Positions 57,838 through 64,000 of a stretch of 64,000 nucleotides of DNA are shown one piece after another. Within the stretch, counting starts at the first letter, position 1, and the number at the start of each line of letters is the position of its first letter. The stretch spans positions 2,549,831 through 2,613,830 of the forward strand of contig OY970224.1 of NCBI GenBank assembly GCA_963714035.1, in the 5' to 3' direction. A program made the translations under genes and the position numbers. The stretch is from an uncultured Acidobacteriota bacterium (lineage in GTDB: Bacteria > Acidobacteriota > Thermoanaerobaculia > UBA5066 > DATFVB01). A model generated the notes under the pieces. The model searched no databases. It was not told the origin of the DNA and was given only the letters and a program-made list of their open reading frames with translations.

Positions 57838-59904
57838 TCAAATCGACAGTCCAGCGTCGCCTTCGAGAACCGATGTCTTCAGCTGCGGGCGCTCTCCGCT
57901 CTTCCACATTGCAGCGGTGTGTAATACACGATACCGGAGTGGCCCGCCGTCCGGTTTGTCGCTGCGCTCGATGGGGCGCGGGATGCAGACGAACTCGGTG
58001 CGCATCTCATCGGCCGTCAGCCTTACCTTCGCGTACCCGTGTCCGCCGAGATCGACGAACTCGAGGTGCGGCGCGAGATCCGGGTTGGACAGGGCCCTCG
58101 CGCGCTTCAGGTCGAAGCTCTTCGCATACTCGAGGCACGAACGGACGCCGTGCCGGAGCAGCATGTTGTGGGTCCAGTCCAGCGGCCCCGCCGTCTTGTC
58201 CGCGAGAAACAGCGGTCGGAGCGGAGCGTCCTTCGGGAGATTGTGCTCCTGCGCCTCCATGGTGCCGGCACTGGAGAGAGACGCGCCGACGAAGCTCAAG
58301 CCGACCGGCTCGAACTTGCCGGGGGGAAGCTCGGCGGCCGCATAGCCGGCCCAGAAGCTGTGGAGGTCGCCCGAGACGATGGCGAAGCCCGTGATCTTCG
58401 CGTCGCGAACGAGATTGTAGAGCTCGGCGCGCTCCACGAACGCGGCGCCGTAGTCACCGCCGCCCATGGATGCGTACCCGCCGTCCGCAGGCCAGGCTTC
58501 CCTGGTGAGACCCGGGGGCAGGTTCTGCGGGTCGGCGCGTGGGTCGAGCGTGCCCTCGGAGTTGGCCCAGATCTTCCACGCCGCCGTCGAGCTCCGGAGC
58601 TTCTCCTTGAACCACGCCTTCTGTTCCGCCCCGAGGATCGTCTGCGGCGGCGCGTTCCGTTGCGGGTTGGGAACGTGCGCATCGTTGAAGCGAATTTCCG
58701 CAGGAGGATTGCCGCCGTTGAAGGCGCGCCCGCCGTCCAGGATCCGCATGCCAGACTCGGGAAACATTCCGATGAACTCGTCGCCGCCGAGCTTTTCGAG
58801 CGACGGATCGCTGAAGCAATCCGCGCTGCGATAGCTGTGCTGGTCGGTGATGATCACGTCCAGGTGCCGGCCATAGCGCAGCGCCCGGTAGCCTTTGAGG
58901 CTGTTGATCGCCGTCAGGTTGTTCAGCTCCATCCCCAGCCCGTTGCCGTCGAACTCCTTGATGGGAACACCGTCCTTCACGACGGGCGGACCGAACTGGT
59001 CGAGCGAACCGCTCGGCGGCGCGACGCGCGCGGGGAGGTATTCGAACCAGGCTTGATTCGCCGCGATCTTGACGCTCGGGAGGGGCTGCTCGAACTTTCC
59101 CGCCTTGACAGTGCTCTGCCAGCCTTGCCACGAGAATTCGTGGTTGTCCCACATGGCGACGAACGGCCAGCGCGCGCGAGCGTCCTGGAGGTCGGGATCG
59201 GCGAGATAGCCTTTGTAAACGGCCCGATAGCCGTCGACCGTCAGCGGGAAATGAAAATGGCCAACCTGGCCCCCGTCCGGGATGCGCGCGACCTCATAGA
59301 TCGTGCGGTCGTAGCGTGTCTTGACCTCGTCGGGATACTCGACGACCTCGTAGATGAAATCGCCGAGGTGCAGAACGAAGCCGAGCTGTTCGGCGGCAGG
59401 AGCGCGTTCATCTTCGTAAATCATCCGGCGATAGGCGTTGAGCTTGCCCTCGTTGACGTCCTGACAGCTCACGAACGCGAAGTTCACCGCGCGGGGATCG
59501 TTCGGCAACGGCGCCGTGATCGTGCGGCCGACCCGGCTGCCGTTTCCGTCGGCGTCGGTGAACCGATACCAGTACGTGCGCGCCGGCTCGAGTCCGCCGA
59601 TCAGAACGCGCGCGGTCCAGTCCGAGGCGCTCGAGACCGGCGCCGGCGCGTGCGCAACGACCCGGAGGAAGGCCTCATCCTCGGCGACCTCGACGGTGAG
59701 GATCTCGCGTGTGCCCCGGTCAAACGGATGCCTCGTCCACAGGATGACGCTGTGCGGATCGGGATCGCCCGAGGCGACCCCGTGGGGATAGAGATCACGC
59801 CGCTCCTTCCAATGGACACGCGAACCTCGAGCCGGTTCGACCCAGGCGAACGAGGCCCCGATTGTTGCTGCAGCTTTGAGAAAGGATCGGCGGTTGATCG
59901 TCAT
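57838..59904 (-). CDS. phoD: Alkaline phosphatase PhoD family (Tat-secreted)
   Basis: Twin-arginine signal MTINRRSFLKAAATIGAS. PhoD-like metallophosphatase motifs (GDFIY, WDNHEF). Confidence 0.8.
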   Translation of the reverse strand: MTINRRSFLKAAATIGASFAWVEPARGSRVHWKERRDLYPHGVASGDPDPHSVILWTRHPFDRGTREILTVEVAEDEAFLRVVAHAPAPVSSASDWTARVLIGGLEPARTYWYRFTDADGNGSRVGRTITAPLPNDPRAVNFAFVSCQDVNEGKLNAYRRMIYEDERAPAAEQLGFVLHLGDFIYEVVEYPDEVKTRYDRTIYEVARIPDGGQVGHFHFPLTVDGYRAVYKGYLADPDLQDARARWPFVAMWDNHEFSWQGWQSTVKAGKFEQPLPSVKIAANQAWFEYLPARVAPPSGSLDQFGPPVVKDGVPIKEFDGNGLGMELNNLTAINSLKGYRALRYGRHLDVIITDQHSYRSADCFSDPSLEKLGGDEFIGMFPESGMRILDGGRAFNGGNPPAEIRFNDAHVPNPQRNAPPQTILGAEQKAWFKEKLRSSTAAWKIWANSEGTLDPRADPQNLPPGLTREAWPADGGYASMGGGDYGAAFVERAELYNLVRDAKITGFAIVSGDLHSFWAGYAAAELPPGKFEPVGLSFVGASLSSAGTMEAQEHNLPKDAPLRPLFLADKTAGPLDWTHNMLLRHGVRSCLEYAKSFDLKRARALSNPDLAPHLEFVDLGGHGYAKVRLTADEMRTEFVCIPRPIERSDKPDGGPLRYRVLHTAAMWKSGERPQLKTSVLEGDAGLSI

Positions 59905-60206
59905 TGTCTCACTCCGTCGGCGTTCGCAACGCCGTGGGCCGCGGGTACGGGCATCGGTGTCTCGTGCGACCTTCGTGACCGCCCTGCAGGATCGGTGAGT
60001 GGGCCAAAAGGATCGCGGCGATGACTCCGTAGCGCGTCATGCCCGGCAGAATACGCCGTTCATCGCTCCGGCAAAAGATCATTCGTCGTATTCGTGGCGT
60101 TACGCCTCACTAACGACTTGAAAGAGCAATTTTCTATCAAAGTTATGGTTCAGGCCGCGGCGGACCGGGGGCGGTCCTATGTTTTAAATGTTCGCGAAGG
60201 CCGGGC

Positions 60207-61664
60207 TCATTTGAGATAAATCGCGCCGCTGATCGCGCCTCCCAGGTCACCCAGCTTGCCACCCTCTCTCTTGTGTCCGGTAATGTCGATCGAGCCCCTG
60301 GGCCCGCCATGACATGTGAGGCACGATGCTTCGTAGTATTCGGGGATCAGCACGCGATACGCTCGTTTGCCGTCGAGCAGGGCTTCCTGCTCTACGAACC
60401 GGCCCTTTGCCCAGGTCCCGGACAGAAAATTTCTTTTGATGATGCGATCTTCCCAGTCATCCGGCAAGTTCGAGGGGTGGCGAACCAGCTCCGACGGCGC
60501 GGTCAATTTCAAATAGCTGATCTTTCCGACTTTCCGGTTGAAGCGTTCCGCCACGCGGTACGCGAAGACCGCGGGAAGAAATCCCTTGAAGCCGCGTTTT
60601 GGATCGTTGATGAGCGGCTGCGCCTCGTCCATGACCTCTTGCATCGCGTCCAGCTCGGATTGAAGCATTTGCCCTTCCGAGGAGGTCGGATCGAGATTGG
60701 GAACGGGGTGGCCGGTCTGCTCGGCATATTTCGCTGTCGCCTGCTCGATCAGCTTCCGGGCGCTCAAAGCTTTGCCCGTCCCCGGTTGGTTGATGAGATC
60801 CTGCTGATCGGAAATGACCTGACGGGCCGAACGCAGCAGGGTCGTCAGATGGACGAGTACGGAGTGGTCGATTTCGTCCTGACCGGCCGCTTCCTCCGGC
60901 ATGACCTGGTTGAGCAGGTCCGGTTTCACGGAAACCGCTCCGCTGAAGGGGCGGTCGTGTGAGGCGATCAGCAGAATCGACACCGCGACTCCGGTCGCGA
61001 AAATCGTCATTGCCGCGGCGGCGCCGCCGCGATTGTCGCTGTGGACCATGGCGATCGCGGTCAACGTGCAGATCGCTTGCAGGAGGAGCGCGGCCCATTT
61101 GACCCAACTGACCCTCGACCGGCTGATGATGATTCGCTGGCCGCGGGCATCGATCGCGTTTTCGAGCGCGCTCACGATGTCGCGCTGCGCCGTGATCTGT
61201 CCTTCGCTGTGGGGCGTGACGGCCAGGATCGATTGCAGCGCCTCGGCGAGCGAAAGCGGCGTGATCCTCAGGGACGCCGATTGTTGCGCCATTCTGGGCC
61301 ATTCGTACGCCACGGCTTCCTGAATATGGCGACGAGTCAGGTCGCGCAACCGCGTTTCCGGCTCTCCCGGAAAGCTGGCCGACAGAAGGACCACCGTGCT
61401 CAGCGCGTTGGCTTCCCTGTTGACGGCCGCCTTCGCGCGATCGATGTCGTTCCAGACCTGAGCGGCGACAAACGCGACGAACAGGCCGAAGATGATGCCC
61501 AGGGGAGGAAGCATCCCCGTGGACACTCCTTTGAACGCCCGGCCCCGCTCCCCGGTCGCGAGACGCATGACGACGGCGAAGATTCCCCACGTCCCAAGAT
61601 AAGTGACGGCAAAGGTCGCGAGAGCCATGACACCCAGCGGGAGGTTGTAGAGCCATTCGCTCAA
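60207..61664 (-). CDS. Membrane protein with N-terminal DUF4239-like TM domain and C-terminal CxxCH (c-type haem-binding-like, DUF3365-like) domain
   Basis: Hydrophobic N-terminus. C-terminal YYEASCLTCHGGPRG motif. Confidence 0.5.
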   Translation of the reverse strand: MSEWLYNLPLGVMALATFAVTYLGTWGIFAVVMRLATGERGRAFKGVSTGMLPPLGIIFGLFVAFVAAQVWNDIDRAKAAVNREANALSTVVLLSASFPGEPETRLRDLTRRHIQEAVAYEWPRMAQQSASLRITPLSLAEALQSILAVTPHSEGQITAQRDIVSALENAIDARGQRIIISRSRVSWVKWAALLLQAICTLTAIAMVHSDNRGGAAAAMTIFATGVAVSILLIASHDRPFSGAVSVKPDLLNQVMPEEAAGQDEIDHSVLVHLTTLLRSARQVISDQQDLINQPGTGKALSARKLIEQATAKYAEQTGHPVPNLDPTSSEGQMLQSELDAMQEVMDEAQPLINDPKRGFKGFLPAVFAYRVAERFNRKVGKISYLKLTAPSELVRHPSNLPDDWEDRIIKRNFLSGTWAKGRFVEQEALLDGKRAYRVLIPEYYEASCLTCHGGPRGSIDITGHKREGGKLGDLGGAISGAIYLK

Positions 61665-61994
61665 GAGATCTCCTGATCGTCCGGCAACGCACGCCGATTC
61701 GCTTTTCGAGTTCTTGACTTCAGATGATACAGGGTTCGCGTCGGTGGCGTCGGTATGAGAAGCGCCGCGGCCGGCTACCGAGCGAGGTTGGGGACGGTCC
61801 TACGTTGTCTATGTTGTTAAGCGGCCGCGTACGCGTTTACGTACGTGGTGTCAACGCCGGGAGGAGTGCGTCGTCTGTGCGCCGCTCGGGCCCGATGCGC
61901 CGCTTCCTTTCGTCCGGCTCGGGTTGAGCGTCACCGTGACGCACCCGGCGAACGTCAGGAGGAGAACGGCGAGAAGGACTTTCGCGGTTTTCGT

Positions 61995-62290
61995 GGGGTC
62001 AGGGTAGCACCACTCGTGCCCCCTTTGTCATCCCGAGGAGCGACTTGACCACTGTAGCTCGGAGAGCGGAGGCGGAAGCGACGAGGAATCTCGGTCGAAT
62101 CGTTCCCCGGGGAGGTCGATGCCGCGCTTCGCGGACCCCAGAAGCCGCGACCGAGATGGCTCGCGCACTTGCGTGCGCGGCGATTGACGCGCCCGCGCTA
62201 TGCGCCACCGCTCCGCGGTGAGCCCGTTCAGCAACGGGCGGCGCTTAATTCCTCGCTGCGCTCGGGATGACAACCGGAAAGAGAAGACGC
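61995..62290. repeat. Dispersed repeat family A-like element (GTCATCCCGAGGAGCGA ... GCTCGGGATGAC inverted termini)
   Basis: Inverted termini ~250 bp apart. Same termini as 46035-46320. Confidence 0.55.
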
Positions 62291-62324
62291 CTTGGAACTT
62301 GGGAGCGGTGCTCCTCCGGACGAG

Positions 62325-62816
62325 CTACCCTCGTTTTCGGAACTCGATTACCCAATGAATCCGCCATGTTTTTCCGCCGTCGGAGGAACGCGAGCTCTCC
62401 CAGTGCGCGGAATCGCCGGTGATCTCCGACCAGGTCAGGCGCGAGCGCACCGGGCGGCCGTCGGCCTCGGTCCACGAACCGACGAGGTCGATCTTCCCGT
62501 CCCGGAATTCGCCTTTCCAGACATGGAAGTTCCCCGGCTCGAGGCTGTCCGTCCAGGTGTGCTCCCATTGCCGGGTCTCGCGGTTGAACGCCCGGAGCCC
62601 CAGGCCCTGAAGCCGTCCGCCGTGGTAGATCCCTTCGAAGCGTTCGATGAAGACTCTGCCATCGAGGGCGCGGGTCGCGATCAGCGAGCCTGGCGCTTCC
62701 GTCCAGCCGTCTTCCGCCGGGACGCGGCAGGTTGCGTCCCAGCTCCCTTCGAGAAAATCGAATTCATGCTCCGCCTCCGTGGCGGCGTGCTCGCTTTCCT
62801 TCATCATCGTGCTCAT
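62325..62816 (-). CDS. Hypothetical protein (DUF1579/lipocalin-like fold suspected)
   Basis: Track ORF, 163 aa. No catalytic motifs. A paralogous-looking ORF is at 63609-63968. Confidence 0.45.
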   Translation of the reverse strand: MSTMMKESEHAATEAEHEFDFLEGSWDATCRVPAEDGWTEAPGSLIATRALDGRVFIERFEGIYHGGRLQGLGLRAFNRETRQWEHTWTDSLEPGNFHVWKGEFRDGKIDLVGSWTEADGRPVRSRLTWSEITGDSAHWESSRSSDGGKTWRIHWVIEFRKRG

Positions 62817-62824
62817 CGCTCTCC

Positions 62825-62990
62825 TCCTAACGGGCTATCCGACGGTCGCGCTAACGGGCTATTCAGTTTTCGCGCTATCGGGCCATTCAGTTCTCGCGCT
62901 ATCGGGCCATTCAGTTCTCGCGCTATCGGGCCATTCAGTTCTCGCGCTATCGCGCGATTCAGTTCTCGCGCTAACGCGCGATCGAGAACT
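62825..62990. repeat. Tandem array of 24-bp unit GCTATCGGGCCATTCAGTTCTCGC (~6 copies, degenerate ends) between two same-strand genes
   Basis: Read directly. No spacers, so not CRISPR. The last unit overlaps the stop of the DUF2911 gene and can pair GTTCTCG/CGAGAAC. Confidence 0.65.
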
Positions 62991-63612
62991 TCACGAGCGC
63001 CTCGGTCGTCTCCCATTCCATGGCGAGCGTTCCGCCGGACTCCGTCATGTCGAGGAACGAGAAGGTGAACTGCTCGACGGAGTGCGGGAGGCGCGACAGA
63101 GTCATCGGGGCTCGAAGGACGTCCCACTTCGGGTCGTAGCCGAAGGATCCCCACATCGCGACTTTCTCGTTCGGGTCGTATTTGTCCTGGGTCTTCTGCG
63201 TGGACAGGATGAGCGTCCAGCCGGACTCCTTCAGATCCACCAGGACGTCGTACGTGCCGGGCGCGAGCGCCTTGCCGGCGATGACGATCGGGACTTCCGT
63301 CGAGAGCTTCGTGGTCGGCCCGGCGCCCGCGCGCCACACGGGCGCTCCCGCGTCGACGCCCTTTCCGTAGTCCGCGCCGGCGCCGAAGATGTTCTTTCGT
63401 CCGCGGAGGATCGGGCGGCCGTAATCGACTTCGATCCACTTTCCGCCGGAATACTGAGGGCCGCCGCCGCCCGAGGCCGCCGTCCACGAGCCGCCGACCT
63501 GTGCCGAAGCCGTGCCGGGCGGGGAGAGCGGCTTCGTCTGCTGCTGTGCCCACACCGCGGCGGCGAGAGATGCCAGTGCCAGGACCAGAATCGTCGTGCT
63601 CGTTCTCTTCAC
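62971..63612 (-). CDS. DUF2911 domain-containing secreted protein
   Basis: GTG start, signal peptide VKRTSTTILVLALASLAAAVWAQ. GGKWIEVDYGRP...PVWRAGAGPTT pattern typical of DUF2911. Confidence 0.55.
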   Translation of the reverse strand: MKRTSTTILVLALASLAAAVWAQQQTKPLSPPGTASAQVGGSWTAASGGGGPQYSGGKWIEVDYGRPILRGRKNIFGAGADYGKGVDAGAPVWRAGAGPTTKLSTEVPIVIAGKALAPGTYDVLVDLKESGWTLILSTQKTQDKYDPNEKVAMWGSFGYDPKWDVLRAPMTLSRLPHSVEQFTFSFLDMTESGGTLAMEWETTEALVKFSIAR

Positions 63613-63968
63613 TTGTCCTCCTTGACGCGAGCGTCGGTCGCGATCCAGTTCGGTTCCCAGGTCTTTCCGCCGTCGATCGAGAACGCCTGCTCGAACCGGC
63701 ACGAATCCACGCCCGTCGGCATGATGACGAATCGCACGAAGACCGCGCGGCCGTCGAACGTCTCGAAGTCGTAGAACTCCCCGCGGCCTTTCGCGAATTC
63801 GCCAACCGTCGGAGGCGAGAGCGACCCGCTCGCGCTGTTGGCGAAGTTCAAGCTCCACTGGCGGGAGCGCGGATCGTAGAGGCGCAGGCTCAGCCCTTCG
63901 AGATGTCCCTCCGGGCCGTCCACCTCGAGCTCGACGAGGTTCGCCCGCCCCTCCCAGACCTTGCGCAC
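63609..63968 (-). CDS. Hypothetical protein (3' part; the ORF may extend beyond the window)
   Basis: Track ORF. GTGA overlap with the downstream DUF2911 start. Confidence 0.35.
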   Translation of the reverse strand: MRKVWEGRANLVELEVDGPEGHLEGLSLRLYDPRSRQWSLNFANSASGSLSPPTVGEFAKGRGEFYDFETFDGRAVFVRFVIMPTGVDSCRFEQAFSIDGGKTWEPNWIATDARVKEDK

Positions 63969-64000
63969 GACGGTGGTGCCCGCGTAATCGACCCACTGCG

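Overview
This is a high-GC (~68-70%) bacterial chromosomal segment that is densely coded on both strands. Genes of 3-6 form operons through ATGA/GTGA stop-start overlaps.

Housekeeping content that I recognise directly from the translated ORFs:
- thrC, a DAACS-family symporter, moaA, fdhD
- mpl, hslVU, dedA, polA
- a cell-wall operon: AmiC-like amidase, GerMN, murI, rph, O-methyltransferase
- phoD and an FKBP PPIase

RNA genes are one tRNA-Arg(TCG) and a complete tmRNA (ssrA, tag ANSNLALAA) that the ORF track misses.

Two accessory regions stand out:
- A translationally coupled four-gene operon at 11675-15867 (minus strand). It encodes a 69-aa peptide with a strong RBS, an asparagine-synthetase-like enzyme (lasso-cyclase-like), a radical-SAM enzyme, and a flavin-dependent halogenase-like enzyme. 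I read this as a candidate uncharacterised RiPP-type biosynthetic cluster.
- A low-GC island (~47.9-56.6 kb) directly 3' of ssrA. It carries a Type III R-M pair (mod/res), a 1142-aa RecB-like nuclease plus RNase-H-like exonuclease plus SF1 (Upf1-like) helicase fusion, and a 234-aa low-GC hypothetical. This is a likely defence island with a candidate Nhi/Hna-like module.

Other notable content:
- a hicB gene with a frameshifted hicA
- a triple tandem zinc-ribbon protein
- several families of MITE-like dispersed repeats that create many spurious ORFs
- two short tandem-repeat arrays (not CRISPR)
- a local tandem duplication

Coordinates were derived by hand and may be off by 1-2 nt.
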